Shown piece by piece: positions 35,670 to 45,872 of a stretch of DNA of 64,000 bases. Source of the stretch: Pseudomonadota bacterium. Lineage in GTDB: Bacteria; Pseudomonadota; Gammaproteobacteria; Burkholderiales; Casimicrobiaceae. Numbering within the stretch: position 1 is the stretch's first letter; the number at the start of each line of letters is the position of its first letter. Position numbers and translations under genes: made by a program. The notes beneath the pieces were generated by a model, which had not been told where the DNA came from, did no database searches, and worked only from the letters and a program-made list of their open reading frames with translations. The stretch spans positions 14,177-78,176 of the forward strand of contig WQTW01000001.1 in the NCBI GenBank assembly GCA_009786085.1. Reading direction: 5' to 3'.

Positions 35670-36947
35670 TTAATTCGACAAACCCAGTATCTTCCGTCGC
35701 AGCATATCAAAAAGCCAGGTCGCGGTCAGTATTCGCACTTGTTCTCGCGGGCGCCCTGAAAGATTCAGTGTGCGCGTTGTGATGTCGTCTCCCCAGGCTA
35801 CGGCGACGCAGACGGTTCCCGGCGGCAAGTCTTCCTGCGCATCCGGCCCGGCGACGCCGGTCGCGGCAAGCCCGACATCGGCGCACAAGCGTTGACGCAC
35901 GTTGCGCGCCATGTGCGCAGCGGCTTCTTCGCTGATGACCGCGCCGCGCGGCACGCTGAGCATTTCAAATTTCACATCGCTGGCGTAAGCGACGATGCCG
36001 CCGCGAAACACGTGGCTGGAACCCGCGACCGATGTCAACCGTGCGCCAATGCCGCCGCCGGTCAACGATTCGGCAACGGCCAGCGTTTTCCCTCGTTCGG
36101 CCAGCAGGCGCAACACCACCGCTTCCGGCAAATGATGCGTTGGGTCATTGTCGTTGCAGCCTTCGCTGAACACGGCATCGCCGAGCAATGCACGTATTTC
36201 GTGCGCTTCTTTTTCAAGTATTTGCTGCGCTTCTTTCGCGTCGGCGGCTTTCGCCGTGAGCCGCACACGAACACCAGAAAAATCGCTCGCCAGAAAAGCA
36301 ATGGTCGGATTACCCGTTGTGCCCAATGCGGTGTCCAGCGCCTGCAAACGCGGCGCCAATCGCTCCGCAATCACCGATTCGCCCAGCCCCAGACAATACA
36401 GCGTATGGCTGACGATCGTGGTGGCGTCACCGCGCCGCCGCAGCAAATCGGGAAGCAAATCGGCGTCAAACATTTCCCGCATTTCGCGCGGCACACCGGG
36501 CATCGCATAGATTCGCTTCTCGCCGACCGGACAAATCAATCCGGGCGCGGTGCCGGCAATCGTCGCCATCGGTCGCGCGCCCACCGGGACATCGGCTTGC
36601 AAAGCGTTGTTGTCCGCGAACGAATGGCCGCGCTGATGAAATATCGCCTCGATGCGGGCGAGAAGCGCGGGATCGCGTTGCAAAGGCACACCCATCACAT
36701 TGGCGATCGCCTGTCGTGTGATGTCATCCTGCGTCGGCCCCAAACCACCGCAAACGATCACCACATCGGCACGGCTCAACGCCAGCCGCAACGTCTCCTC
36801 GATACGCGCCAGATTGTCGCCGACCTTCGTTTGGAAATAGCAGTCGATGCCGAGCGTCGCCAAACGTTCGGCCAGCCAGGTCGAGTTGGTATCGACGATT
36901 TGCCCCAAAAGCAATTCGGTGCCTACCGCGACGATTTCACAGCGCAT
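35670..36947 (-). CDS. cinA: competence/damage-inducible protein CinA (MoCF-binding domain + nicotinamide-nucleotide amidohydrolase PncC domain)
   Basis: 'EIVAVGTELLLGQIVDTNS.WLA..L..LGI' is the CinA N-terminus and 'AVAESLTGG' marks the C-terminal PncC domain. The ATG at 36947 has a good Shine-Dalgarno; the longer track ORF translates repeat DNA. Confidence 0.85.
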   Translation of the reverse strand: MRCEIVAVGTELLLGQIVDTNSTWLAERLATLGIDCYFQTKVGDNLARIEETLRLALSRADVVIVCGGLGPTQDDITRQAIANVMGVPLQRDPALLARIEAIFHQRGHSFADNNALQADVPVGARPMATIAGTAPGLICPVGEKRIYAMPGVPREMREMFDADLLPDLLRRRGDATTIVSHTLYCLGLGESVIAERLAPRLQALDTALGTTGNPTIAFLASDFSGVRVRLTAKAADAKEAQQILEKEAHEIRALLGDAVFSEGCNDNDPTHHLPEAVVLRLLAERGKTLAVAESLTGGGIGARLTSVAGSSHVFRGGIVAYASDVKFEMLSVPRGAVISEEAAAHMARNVRQRLCADVGLAATGVAGPDAQEDLPPGTVCVAVAWGDDITTRTLNLSGRPREQVRILTATWLFDMLRRKILGLSN

Positions 36948-36974
36948 TGCGTTTCTCCTGACGGTCAGGGAGGA

Positions 36975-37290
36975 ATATTCTAACCGCAAAGAAAAACGTT
37001 TAACCACGAAAAGCACGAAAGGCACGAAAAATAGCCTCCCGCGAAGGCGCGGATGGTAAAGCGCGTCATTACGAGCGGCCTTTAGCCGCGAGCGAAGCGT
37101 GGCGGGAAGCAGTCCGAAAAATGAATGCCCTCTCCCCCGCCCCCTCTCCCGCAAGAGGGAGAGGGGAGTTTTGCGCACCGCACAGGATGACGGTTTTTTC
37201 TTTGCGCTCTCTGCGTTCTTTGCGGTTAAATCTTGTTTTTTCTTTCGTGCTTTTCGTGCATTTCGTGGTTAACGTTTTTTTCTTGGCTCA
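36975..37290. repeat. intergenic repeat mosaic between rplS and cinA
   Basis: Contents: 'taaccgcaaagaaaaacg'; 'ttaaccacgaaaagcacgaaaggcacgaaaa'; 'gccgcgagcgaagcgtggcgg'; the P1 hairpin at 37128-37167; and then the opposed words 'ctttgcgctctctgcgttctttgcggttaa' and 'tttcgtgcttttcgtgcatttcgtggttaa'. Confidence 0.9.
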
Positions 37291-37324
37291 AAAACAAAAC
37301 CGCCTCCCGATGTTCGGGAGGCGG
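37288..37324 (-). terminator. Rho-independent terminator of the rpsP-rimM-trmD-rplS operon
   Basis: On the minus strand, 'ccgcctcccgaacatcgggaggcgg' forms an 11-bp GC-rich stem and is followed by 'ttttgttttt'. It lies 25 nt after the rplS stop. Confidence 0.75.
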
Positions 37325-37348
37325 TGTTTGGGGAAGAGCAGACAATGC

Positions 37349-37786
37349 TTATTCCGCGCTTTCGGGTGCGGCGCTCACACTTTCGGGCGCAGCCGTGCTT
37401 GCGGCGGCGCTGCTGGCCGCTTTGACGTTGCGGCTTTGCAGTTTCTCTTTGATTCGCGCCGACTTGCCGGAACGCGAACGCAGGTAATAGAGTTTCGCGC
37501 GGCGCACGTCACCACGACGTTTGACTTCAATACCGGCGACCAGCGGCGAATAGGTTTGGAAGGTGCGCTCGACGCCTTCACCGGACGAAATTTTGCGCAC
37601 GATGAACGAGCTGTTCAGTCCGCGGTTACGCTTGGCGATGACCACGCCTTCGTAGGCCTGCAAACGCTCGCGGTTGCCTTCCTTCACTTTGACTTGCACG
37701 ACAACGGTGTCGCCGGCGGAAAAGTCGGGGATGGTTTTCCCCAAACGTTGTATTTCTTCGCGTTCCAGTTGTTCAATCAGATTCAT
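37349..37786 (-). CDS. rplS: 50S ribosomal protein L19
   Basis: '[11 protein letters not shown]......[44 protein letters not shown]' is L19. A C-terminal Ala/Ser-rich extension of about 29 aa follows. Confidence 0.95.
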   Translation of the reverse strand: MNLIEQLEREEIQRLGKTIPDFSAGDTVVVQVKVKEGNRERLQAYEGVVIAKRNRGLNSSFIVRKISSGEGVERTFQTYSPLVAGIEVKRRGDVRRAKLYYLRSRSGKSARIKEKLQSRNVKAASSAAASTAAPESVSAAPESAE

Positions 37787-37932
37787 GGTTTGCTCCAGTT
37801 TCGGTTAATGGCCTTCGGGCCTGTGACGTGCAGCGCAGGACGCCTCCTGATGCACGCTGTTTTTTCGTTGGTGGAGAAAATTTCTCCACCGCTTTTGTAT
37901 TCGTGATGGACTTCATCACGAACACGAATCTT

Positions 37933-38655
37933 TTATTCCTCTCGCCGGCGATGCTTTTCCAGCAAATCCGGACGGCGCGCCGCCGTTCGTTCCAGCGCCT
38001 GCTTCCGACGCCATTGCGCAATCGCCGCATGGTCGCCTGACAGCAACACGTCGGGCACCGCTTCGCCTTCGTACACCGGCGGCCTCGTGTAATGCGGACA
38101 ATCGAGCAATCCGTCAACGAACGACTCTTCTTCCGCCGACCCCGCGTCGTTCAGCGCCCCGGGCAACTGCCGCACCAGCGCGTCGATCAACATCAGCGCG
38201 GGCAACTCTCCACCCGACACGACGAAATCACCGATGGCGATTTCCTCATCCACTTCCCGCGCCAGCAAGCGTTCGTCGATACCTTCGTAACGCCCCGCTA
38301 GTAAAATCAATCCCGTTCCCTGCTGCGCCAGCGCGTTGAGTGTCGTCACCCGCGCGTGCGTCAGCGGCGTTCCCGCCGGCGACAGATACAACACCCGGCT
38401 CGTTGCGCAACCCGCTTCCGCTTGCGCCGCGCGCGCCGCGTTCAACGCAGCGGCCAGCGGCGCAGCCAGCATCACCATCCCGGGACCGCCGCCGTAAGGG
38501 CGGTCATCCACCGTCCGGTGCGGATCGCTGGTGTAGGTTCGCGGATTCCACAGCGCCAGCGACCACAATTTCTTCGTCAGCGCCCGTCCGACCACGCCGA
38601 ACTGCGCCGCATGCTCCACCATCTCCGGGAAAAGCGTCACCACATCCATTCGCAT
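37933..38655 (-). CDS. trmD: tRNA (guanine37-N1)-methyltransferase
   Basis: 'VVTLFPEM' and 'YEGIDERL....[17 protein letters not shown]' are TrmD signatures, in the conserved operon context. Confidence 0.95.
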   Translation of the reverse strand: MRMDVVTLFPEMVEHAAQFGVVGRALTKKLWSLALWNPRTYTSDPHRTVDDRPYGGGPGMVMLAAPLAAALNAARAAQAEAGCATSRVLYLSPAGTPLTHARVTTLNALAQQGTGLILLAGRYEGIDERLLAREVDEEIAIGDFVVSGGELPALMLIDALVRQLPGALNDAGSAEEESFVDGLLDCPHYTRPPVYEGEAVPDVLLSGDHAAIAQWRRKQALERTAARRPDLLEKHRRREE

Positions 38656-38690
38656 GGCGTGCTGCCCTCAATCTTTCTTGTTGGGCGCTG

Positions 38691-38742
38691 AACCCCTGAA
38701 CTCCATCCCCACCCTGACCCTCCCCTTGAAGGAGAGGGAATC
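38691..38742. repeat. repeat module inside the rimM-trmD spacer
   Basis: 'ctccatccccaccctgaccctccccttgaaggagaggg' belongs to the same family as 175-215, 33083-33120 and 45545-45590. It sits within a ribosomal-protein operon. Confidence 0.8.
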
Positions 38743-38750
38743 TGGCGGAG

Positions 38751-39284
38751 TCAATCGCCGCGCTGCCAATCCACGTTGATACAACCCGCTTCCAATTCCA
38801 CCGCATCGATATGAGCATCGACAAAAGGAATCAGCGTCTCCGCCGTTTTCTTTCCTTCCGCGCCCTCTTCCGGCAGTGGCGCAACATGCAGCACCGGCTG
38901 CGCGCCGTATTCCTGCACCGCCGTCACCGTTCCCAGCGTTTCGCCCTCGCGGTTCATCACCATCAAACCGATCAGATCAACGAAATACACTTCTCCCGGA
39001 GACAGCGCGGGCAAGGCCTCGCGCGGCACCGTGATCGACATGCCCTGCAATGCCGCCGCGTCCTCACGTGCTGTCACGCCTTCCAGCGCCGCCAGCACAT
39101 AGCCGCCGTATACCTTGCCCTCTTTGAGCCGGACATTCCGCGTCGCGCCCTGTCGATCCACCAACGACCATTGCCGATACGCCAACAACGCGTCTTTGGC
39201 GGCGGTGAACGGCTGCACTTTCAGCCAGCCCTGGACGCCATAGGACGCGACAACGCGCCCCATCACGACCCCGGCGGCGACCAT
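38751..39284 (-). CDS. rimM: 16S rRNA processing protein RimM
   Basis: 'GRVVASYGVQGWLKV' (RimM N-domain) plus a PRC-barrel C-terminus. It lies between rpsP and trmD. Confidence 0.9.
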   Translation of the reverse strand: MVAAGVVMGRVVASYGVQGWLKVQPFTAAKDALLAYRQWSLVDRQGATRNVRLKEGKVYGGYVLAALEGVTAREDAAALQGMSITVPREALPALSPGEVYFVDLIGLMVMNREGETLGTVTAVQEYGAQPVLHVAPLPEEGAEGKKTAETLIPFVDAHIDAVELEAGCINVDWQRGD

Positions 39285-39313
39285 CTTCGTAAAACTTACG
39301 CTGCCAAGTTAAC

Positions 39314-39562
39314 TTAAGCGGCTTTGGCAGCGCGCTTGGCCAGCATCGCCACCGTGTCCGACATTTGCGCGCCGCGCTCCTGCCAGAACGTGATCCGATC
39401 CATCGCCAGACGAATACCTTCTTCCTTTTCGTTGGCGATCGGATTGTAAAAACCGACGCGTTCGATGAACCGACCGTCACGCCGATTCCGCGAATCAGCG
39501 ACGACCACATGATAAAAGGGGCGCTTCTTGGCGCCGCCGCGAGCCAGCCGAATGACGACCAT
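39314..39562 (-). CDS. rpsP: 30S ribosomal protein S16
   Basis: '[41 protein letters not shown]' is near-identical in pattern to bacterial S16. Confidence 0.95.
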   Translation of the reverse strand: MVVIRLARGGAKKRPFYHVVVADSRNRRDGRFIERVGFYNPIANEKEEGIRLAMDRITFWQERGAQMSDTVAMLAKRAAKAA

Positions 39563-39625
39563 AATCGTTATGCCTCAAAGAGTTGTGCGAAAAAAAGACG
39601 ATGATTATATACCAGATTTTGCCTT

Positions 39626-39803
39626 GTCAGGGATCAGCGGTCAGAGGACTGAGCATTGTCATTATTGGTGCAACGGATTGCAGCGAACCAGCCTCACACG
39701 AAGCCGCGAAGAATGGCAATGTTCTAACCTCTGACCTCTGACCTCTGACCTCTGACCTCTGACCTCTGACCTCTGACTTCTGACTTCTGATTTCTGACCT
39801 CTG
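39626..39803. repeat. paired opposed heptamer arrays upstream of rpsP / downstream of the UPF0158 gene
   Basis: The left arm is 'gtcagggatcagcggtcagaggactgag' (39626-39653). The right arm has about 11 units of (cctctga/cttctga) at 39727-39803 and abuts the TGA stop at 39806-39808. Confidence 0.9.
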
Positions 39804-39805
39804 AT

Positions 39806-40237
39806 TCACACGGTCTTTTTGTATTCGCATGGAATCTCATTTTCCTCACACCATTCCCGCGCCTTCTCAATAAGAGCCTGCGCCTTGAATGCGTACCATT
39901 CTTTCGTCAAGTCCACGCGGTGCAGCGTGTCCTTAAACCGCCGGAAAGCGCCTTTGCCCTCCAATGCCACCGACAACAACGCCTGCTTGTGCGGGTCGCT
40001 CACGCCTTCGACAAAATCCCGCATCATGCCGTATCCATTAAGCTCGTATTGAGAGGGCAGCCCAATGTATTTTTCGTCCGCTAACTCCTCCAGATCCGGC
40101 TTGTCTTCCTCCATGTCGTACGGACTGTCATACACAAACTCACCCGTTTCAGTGTTGTAATAGATGTCGATCTCATCGTTAGCCATGTCCAGCTCTTGTG
40201 CGACGTCTTCAAGGCATACCGTTTTTTTGGCGCTCAT
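39806..40237 (-). CDS. UPF0158-family protein
   Basis: 143 aa, acidic. 'IYYNTETGEF......D....D...L..E.YI.LPS......Y..M.DF' and 'GKGAFRRFKD.L' fit my recollection of UPF0158. The ATG is at 40237, after a Shine-Dalgarno. Confidence 0.6.
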   Translation of the reverse strand: MSAKKTVCLEDVAQELDMANDEIDIYYNTETGEFVYDSPYDMEEDKPDLEELADEKYIGLPSQYELNGYGMMRDFVEGVSDPHKQALLSVALEGKGAFRRFKDTLHRVDLTKEWYAFKAQALIEKAREWCEENEIPCEYKKTV

Positions 40238-40410
40238 CTTGTTTACCTCTTTCTTGTGCAAACGTAACTTCTGCGGTCATACCGCGATGAATGGCGGGAG
40301 TGAGCCAAAGTAAGCCATGTTTGCGACCTTACCGTCAAGAGCCGTTGGTTCATTGCCCCTCTGTTCCTTCAGCTTTCCCGTGAGCAACCAATTTCTTCAT
40401 TGCCGGACAC

Positions 40411-40439
40411 TTGCACGTGACCAATAAATCGCGCACAAT
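40411..40439 (+). promoter_or_regulatory. candidate sigma70 promoter of the antitoxin-parE pair
   Basis: TTGCAC (40411-40416), a 17-nt spacer and CACAAT (40434-40439), about 35 nt upstream of the ATG at 40474. This is pattern only. Confidence 0.3.
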
Positions 40440-40473
40440 TCCTGTTGATCACATTCAACGCAAAGAGAAAACC

Positions 40474-40941
40474 ATGCAAAGTATGACACTTGAACAGCTT
40501 CGAACAGCCCGCGAGGCCGGGGGGGTTGCCGATGTGACTTTGAAAGGACAAGGCGGGGCATTCTTTGTCCAGATCATCACACGCAACGGTTCCGGCGCTG
40601 TATTGACCAAGGCCCGCAGCAGCGAGCCGCGCCGCTTCGGCAATCCGGCTGTCGCTTTAAGCGTACTGCGCAATGTGGGCATCACCATCGGCCAGTTCGA
40701 TGCCAGCGAATGGAACCCTGCTGAACATGCCCCCGTTTCCGGCACCCAGGGTCGCGCCGAAGCGTTACGCAAGGCGCACCGGGCGGCTGCCTATTCGAAA
40801 TGGTTGGCCGCTGAGATTCAGGACGCCATGAGCGATCCTCGCCCCAACCTTTCGCACAATGAAGTCATGACCAGGATGGACGCCGATATTGCAGCCCTTG
40901 CCACCGAACAGAAACCAACCGAAAGAAGCGTGGTTGGCTGA
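40474..40941 (+). CDS. two-domain putative antitoxin (unknown N-terminal domain + ParE-associated stability-determinant-like C-terminus)
   Basis: 155 aa, ending 3 nt before the parE-like toxin gene. The C-terminal 'AAYSKWLAAEIQDAMSDPRPNLSHNEVMTRMDADIAAL' resembles antitoxins paired with ParE. I do not recognise the N-terminal roughly 85 aa ('VTLKGQGGAFFVQIITRNGSGAVLTKARSSEPRRFGNP'). Confidence 0.55.
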   Translation: MQSMTLEQLRTAREAGGVADVTLKGQGGAFFVQIITRNGSGAVLTKARSSEPRRFGNPAVALSVLRNVGITIGQFDASEWNPAEHAPVSGTQGRAEALRKAHRAAAYSKWLAAEIQDAMSDPRPNLSHNEVMTRMDADIAALATEQKPTERSVVG

Positions 40942-40944
40942 TTT

Positions 40945-41253
40945 ATGGCAAAGGCAAACCGCATTTACCCTATTGAATGGCGACCAAAGGCCAGCGAGGA
41001 CCTGCTCGCCATCATCCGATATATCGGTAAAGACGATCCGGTCACAGCACGCCGTTTCGGTCAGGCATTGCGCGACAGCGTCTCACCGCTTGCGCAGCAC
41101 CCGAAACTGGGGCGCACGGGGCGTCCCGGTCTCCCGGATGATGTGCGCGAATTGGTCGTCCACCGAAACTATATTGTTTTCTATCGCGTACTCGATGAGG
41201 CTTATACCGTAGAAATTTTGCGGGTAAAGCATGCGGCGCAGCAAATACCGTGA
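40945..41253 (+). CDS. parE: type II toxin, ParE/RelE family
   Basis: 102 aa. 'A..DLLAI..YI..D.P..A.RF...L......L..HP..GR.GR.....[14 protein letters not shown].....VEILRV.H' is the plasmid-stabilisation ParE pattern. Confidence 0.8.
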   Translation: MAKANRIYPIEWRPKASEDLLAIIRYIGKDDPVTARRFGQALRDSVSPLAQHPKLGRTGRPGLPDDVRELVVHRNYIVFYRVLDEAYTVEILRVKHAAQQIP

Positions 41254-41335
41254 ACTAAACCTAAAAACACAAAAGCAAAAAAACAACCCGCTGTTGCTCC
41301 TGTTAGAATGGCAAAATTCGAGACCGCCTTTTGTC

Positions 41336-42487
41336 ATGACGCCTTTTCTTCCTTTTACCAAGCCCGCGATCGGCTCGGCCGAAATCGCTGCCGTCACCCG
41401 TGCACTGAACTCCGGCTGGATCACGACCGGCCCGCAGTGTCAGGCGCTGGAAACGGCGTTTTGCGAGATGCTGGGTTGTCGTCACGCGATTGCCGTCAGT
41501 TCGGCGACCGGCGGCATGCATGTGGCGCTGGCGGCGTTGGGCATCGGCCCGGGCGACGAAGTCATCACGCCGTCGCAAACCTGGGTATCCACGTTGAACA
41601 TGATCGTGTTGCTGGGTGCGGAACCGGTGATGATCGATGTCGATCCCGACACGCTGATGGTCAGCGCCGACGCGATTCGCGCGGCGATCACGCCGCGTAC
41701 CAAAGCGATCGTGCCGGTGCATTACGCCGGCGCGCCGCTGGACATCGACGCGATCACAGCGGTCGCAAGAGAACACAACATTCCGGTGATCGAAGACGCC
41801 GCTCATGCGGTCGGGACGCGCTACAAAGATCGCTGGATCGGCAGTCGCGGCACCGCGATCTTTTCGTTTCACGCGATCAAGAACATGACGTGCGCCGAAG
41901 GCGGCTTGATCGTCACCGACGATGACGCGCTGGCCGACCGGATGCGCTGTCTGAAATTTCACGGTCTGGGACTCGACGCTTTCGATCGTGAACAACAGGG
42001 TCGCAAGCCGCAGGCGGAAGTGATCACACCGGGTTTCAAATACAACTTGACCGATATTCAGGCGGCGCTGGCGTTGGCGCAATTGCAACGTCTGCCGGAA
42101 CTCAACGCACGACGCGCCGAATTGGCGGCGCTTTATCTGGAGCAGTTGCGCGATCTGCCGTTCCGTCCGCTGCAAATACCGGCGTATCCGCACCAACACG
42201 CCTGGCACCTGTTCATTGTCCGCACCGATCCGCCGCATTGTCGGGGATTGACGCGCGATGTGTTGATGAGCGAACTGAAAGAACGCGGCATCGGCACCGG
42301 CCTGCATTTTCGTGCGGCGCACACGCAGAAGTATTATCGTGAGCGTTATCCGCAACTGTCGTTGCCGAACAGCGAGTGGAACGCCGAGCGCATTTGTTCG
42401 CTGCCGTTGTTTCCCGATATGCAGGACAGCGATGTCGAGCGCGTGGTCTCGGCGATGAAGGATATTCTGGAGCAACAACGTGGCTGA
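41336..42487 (+). CDS. arnB: UDP-4-amino-4-deoxy-L-arabinose--oxoglutarate aminotransferase
   Basis: DegT/DnrJ/EryC1-type aminotransferase ('[12 protein letters not shown]...L.SGWITTGP', 'FSFHAIKN'), first gene of an arn operon. The ATG is at 41336. Confidence 0.9.
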   Translation: MTPFLPFTKPAIGSAEIAAVTRALNSGWITTGPQCQALETAFCEMLGCRHAIAVSSATGGMHVALAALGIGPGDEVITPSQTWVSTLNMIVLLGAEPVMIDVDPDTLMVSADAIRAAITPRTKAIVPVHYAGAPLDIDAITAVAREHNIPVIEDAAHAVGTRYKDRWIGSRGTAIFSFHAIKNMTCAEGGLIVTDDDALADRMRCLKFHGLGLDAFDREQQGRKPQAEVITPGFKYNLTDIQAALALAQLQRLPELNARRAELAALYLEQLRDLPFRPLQIPAYPHQHAWHLFIVRTDPPHCRGLTRDVLMSELKERGIGTGLHFRAAHTQKYYRERYPQLSLPNSEWNAERICSLPLFPDMQDSDVERVVSAMKDILEQQRG

Positions 42488-43463
42488 ATTCGATCGTATT
42501 CAAACCGTCTCGGTGGTGATCCCGGTTTTCAACGAAGAGGAGAGCCTGTCGGCGCTGCTCGAACGAACGCAGGCGGCGTGCGCCAAACTCCAGCAGGATT
42601 ACGAAATTATTTTGATCGACGATGGCAGCAGCGATGCGTCGGCAGCCCTCATCACGGCAGCGGCAGAAGCGGCGGACAGTCATGTGCTGGCTGTCCTGCT
42701 CAATCGCAATTACGGTCAGCACTCAGCGATCATGGCGGGCTTCAAGTTGGCGCGCGGCGATCTGATCGTAACGCTCGACGCCGATCTGCAAAATCCTCCC
42801 GAGGAAATTCCGAACCTGGTCGAAGCAGCGGAACGGGGGCATGATGTGGTGGGCACGATTCGGATGAACCGGCAGGATTCGCTGTTTCGCAAAACGGCGT
42901 CCAAACTCATCAACGCGGTGATCCGCAAAACGACGGGGCGGGTGATGAGCGACTATGGCTGCATGTTGCGCGCCTACCGTCGGCCTATCGTCGAAGCCAT
43001 GTTGTCCTGCCATGAACGCAGCACTTTCATTCCGATCCTCGCCAACATGTTTGCGCGTCGCGTGGTCGAAGTGCCCGTGCAACACGATGAGCGCAAATTC
43101 GGCACGTCCAAATACGGCTTGATGCAACTCATCAACCTGATGTACGACCTCATCACGTGTCTGACGACAACGCCGCTGCGCATTCTCAGCATCTTCGGCA
43201 GTGTGCTGGCGCTCGGCGGTTTTGTGCTGGGGCTTCTGTTGATCGTGCTGCGTTTTTTGCTTGGCGCGGATTGGGGCGCGGAAGGCGTGTTCATGCTCTT
43301 CTCACTGCTCTTTATTTTCATCGGCGCCCAATTCGTCGGAATGGGATTGTTGGGCGAATATATCGGCCGGATTTATCAGGATGTGCGCGCTCGCCCGCGC
43401 TACTTCGTTCAAAAAACCGTCGGACAACGGCGTTTCTCCAAAAAACATGAGGCTCAGGCATGA
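42480..43463 (+). CDS. arnC: undecaprenyl-phosphate 4-deoxy-4-formamido-L-arabinose transferase
   Basis: GT2 signature '[14 protein letters not shown]' and '[13 protein letters not shown]', plus two C-terminal TM helices. The GTG start overlaps the arnB stop. Confidence 0.9.
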   Translation: MAEFDRIQTVSVVIPVFNEEESLSALLERTQAACAKLQQDYEIILIDDGSSDASAALITAAAEAADSHVLAVLLNRNYGQHSAIMAGFKLARGDLIVTLDADLQNPPEEIPNLVEAAERGHDVVGTIRMNRQDSLFRKTASKLINAVIRKTTGRVMSDYGCMLRAYRRPIVEAMLSCHERSTFIPILANMFARRVVEVPVQHDERKFGTSKYGLMQLINLMYDLITCLTTTPLRILSIFGSVLALGGFVLGLLLIVLRFLLGADWGAEGVFMLFSLLFIFIGAQFVGMGLLGEYIGRIYQDVRARPRYFVQKTVGQRRFSKKHEAQA

Positions 43464-45436
43464 AAACAGTTGTATTCGCTTATCACAACATCGGTTGCAC
43501 CGGCATCAAGGCATTGCTGGCGGCGGGTTACGAAATCGAAGCGGTGTTCACGCATGTCGATGATCCGCGAGAGAATCGCTTTTTCGCTTCGGTGGCGCGT
43601 CTTTGCGCCGAGTTGAATCTGCCGGTGTTCGCGCCGGAAGATGTCAACCATCCGCTGTGGGTCGAGCGCATCCGCGCGATGCAGCCGGACATTCTGTTTT
43701 CTTTCTACTACCGCGATTTGATCGGCGGCGACATTCTGAAACTGGCGCCGCACGGCGGTTACAACCTGCACGGCTCGCTGCTGCCGCGTTATCGCGGACG
43801 CGCGCCGATCAACTGGGCGCTGGTTCACGGTGAAAAAGAAACCGGCGTGACCTTGCACCGGATGGAAGTGAAAGCAGACGCCGGCGATATAGCCGGACAA
43901 AAGCGCGTCGCCATCGCCGACAACGATACAGCGCTGACGCTGCACGAAAAGCTGAACGCGGCGGCGCACGAATTGCTCGACGAATTGCTGCCGAAAATCG
44001 CGCGCGGCGCAATCACGCTGACGCCGCAGGATTCGACGAAAGCAACCGTTTTCGGTCGCCGCACACCCGCCGACGGCAAAATCGATTGGCAGCAACCGGC
44101 GCAACAGATTGATAACCTCGTGCGCGCCGTCACCGAACCGTATCCGGGCGCGTTCTCATTCAACGGCAACCGGAAATTCATCGTCTGGGAAGCGCGCGTG
44201 GAACCGCGCAGCCAGCAAGCGCAGCCGGGAACCGTGTTGTCGGTGCAACCGTTCACCGTCGCCTGCGGAAAAGACGCGCTGCAAATCGTTGCCGGTCAAA
44301 CCGAAAACGGGCTTTATTCGCAAGGCGAACGTCTGGCCGAAGAATTGGGTCTGGTGGTCAACAGCCGTTTGGGCGAAGCCGTGTCAACGCGCCCGAAGCG
44401 GCGAACGCGGGTGCTGATTCTGGGCGTCAACGGTTTCATCGGCAACCATTTGACCGAGCGATTGTTGCAGGAGAATTACGAAGTTTACGGGCTGGACATC
44501 GGTTCGGACGCCATCGCCCGTTTTCTGAGCAACCCGCATTTTCATTTCGTCGAGGGCGACATCAGCATCCACTCGGAGTGGATCGAATACCACATCAAGA
44601 AATGCGATGTGGTGTTGCCGCTGGTCGCCATCGCAACACCGATTGAATACACGCGCAATCCGCTGCGGGTGTTCGAGCTCGACTTTGAAGAAAACCTGAA
44701 GATCGTGCGCGATTGCGTCAAATACAAAAAGCGTATCATCTTTCCTTCGACCTCGGAAGTCTATGGCATGTGCGACGACAAGGAATTCGACGAGGACAAC
44801 TCGCGTTTGATCGTCGGGCCGATCAACAAACAACGCTGGATTTATTCGGTGTCGAAGCAGTTGCTCGACCGCATCATCTGGGCTTACGGCGTGAAGGAAG
44901 GATTGAAATTCACGCTGTTCCGTCCTTTCAACTGGATGGGGCCGCGGCTCGATTCGCTCGACGCGGCGCGCATCGGCAGTTCGCGCGCGATCACGCAGTT
45001 GATTCTGAATCTGGTTGAAGGCTCGCCGATTCAGTTGGTGGACGGCGGCGCGCAAAAGCGGTGTTTCACCGACATCAAAGACGGCATCGAAGCGCTGTTC
45101 CGCATCATCGAAAACCGCGATGGCAAGTGCGACGGTCAGATCATCAACATCGGCAATCCCGACAACGAAGCCAGCATCAAGGAATTGGCGGAGATGTTGC
45201 TCGCGTGTTTTGAAGCACATCCGTTGCGCCGCCATTTCCCGCCGTTCGCCGGTTTCAAACTGACCGAGAGCGGACACTATTACGGGAAAGGCTATCAGGA
45301 TGTCACGCATCGGCGCCCCAGCATCCGCAACGCCAAACGCCTGCTCGGTTGGCAGCCGACCATACCGATGCGGCAGACGGTCACGGAAACGCTGGACTTT
45401 TTTCTGCGCGGATTGGAATCGAATTTAACGGAATGA
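43460..45436 (+). CDS. arnA: bifunctional UDP-glucuronate decarboxylase / UDP-Ara4N formyltransferase
   Basis: 658 aa. The N-terminal formyltransferase has '[18 protein letters not shown]'. The C-terminal SDR has '[12 protein letters not shown]' and 'YSVSKQL'. An ATGA overlap joins it to arnC. Confidence 0.95.
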   Translation: MKTVVFAYHNIGCTGIKALLAAGYEIEAVFTHVDDPRENRFFASVARLCAELNLPVFAPEDVNHPLWVERIRAMQPDILFSFYYRDLIGGDILKLAPHGGYNLHGSLLPRYRGRAPINWALVHGEKETGVTLHRMEVKADAGDIAGQKRVAIADNDTALTLHEKLNAAAHELLDELLPKIARGAITLTPQDSTKATVFGRRTPADGKIDWQQPAQQIDNLVRAVTEPYPGAFSFNGNRKFIVWEARVEPRSQQAQPGTVLSVQPFTVACGKDALQIVAGQTENGLYSQGERLAEELGLVVNSRLGEAVSTRPKRRTRVLILGVNGFIGNHLTERLLQENYEVYGLDIGSDAIARFLSNPHFHFVEGDISIHSEWIEYHIKKCDVVLPLVAIATPIEYTRNPLRVFELDFEENLKIVRDCVKYKKRIIFPSTSEVYGMCDDKEFDEDNSRLIVGPINKQRWIYSVSKQLLDRIIWAYGVKEGLKFTLFRPFNWMGPRLDSLDAARIGSSRAITQLILNLVEGSPIQLVDGGAQKRCFTDIKDGIEALFRIIENRDGKCDGQIINIGNPDNEASIKELAEMLLACFEAHPLRRHFPPFAGFKLTESGHYYGKGYQDVTHRRPSIRNAKRLLGWQPTIPMRQTVTETLDFFLRGLESNLTE

Positions 45437-45850
45437 AAAACATTAACCACGAAAAACACGAAGGACACGAAAATTTTTGTGTTCTATGCGTTCTTGGCGA
45501 CTAGAACGGTTTTTGTTATGTGCTTTACTGCGTCGTTGTTCCCCCACCCTAACCCTCCCCCGCTTGCGAGGGAAGGCTGGAATGGGGGCAAGCAACGCCC
45601 AAAAAGTATATGCCGCTGAATCAAAAATGTGCTCATTGTGTTTTTTACTTTTGTGTTTTTCGTGCTTTTCGTGGTTAAAATTTGACGGAATGAAAAACAT
45701 TAACCACGAAAAACACGAAGGACACGAAAATTTTTGTGTTCTATGCGTTCTTGGCGACTAGAACGGTTTTTGTTATGTGTTTTATCAAAAATGCGCTCAT
45801 TGCGTTTTTTGCTTTCGTGTTTTTCGTGCTTTTCGTGGTTAAAAATGGTT
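45421..45850. repeat. repeat block splitting the arn operon (arnA | arnD), including a duplicated arnA 3' end
   Basis: 45429-45522 and 45687-45779 are near-identical (94 vs 93 nt, one indel) and begin with the last arnA codons and stop ('acggaatga'). The period is about 258 bp. Copy 1 carries an extra insert of about 95 bp with a 'ccctcccccgcttgcgagggaagg' hairpin. The ends are opposed 'ttaaccacgaaaaacacgaa' / 'ttcgtgcttttcgtggttaa' words. Confidence 0.9.
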
Positions 45851-45872
45851 TTTAAAGAGACATGAACGCCCC

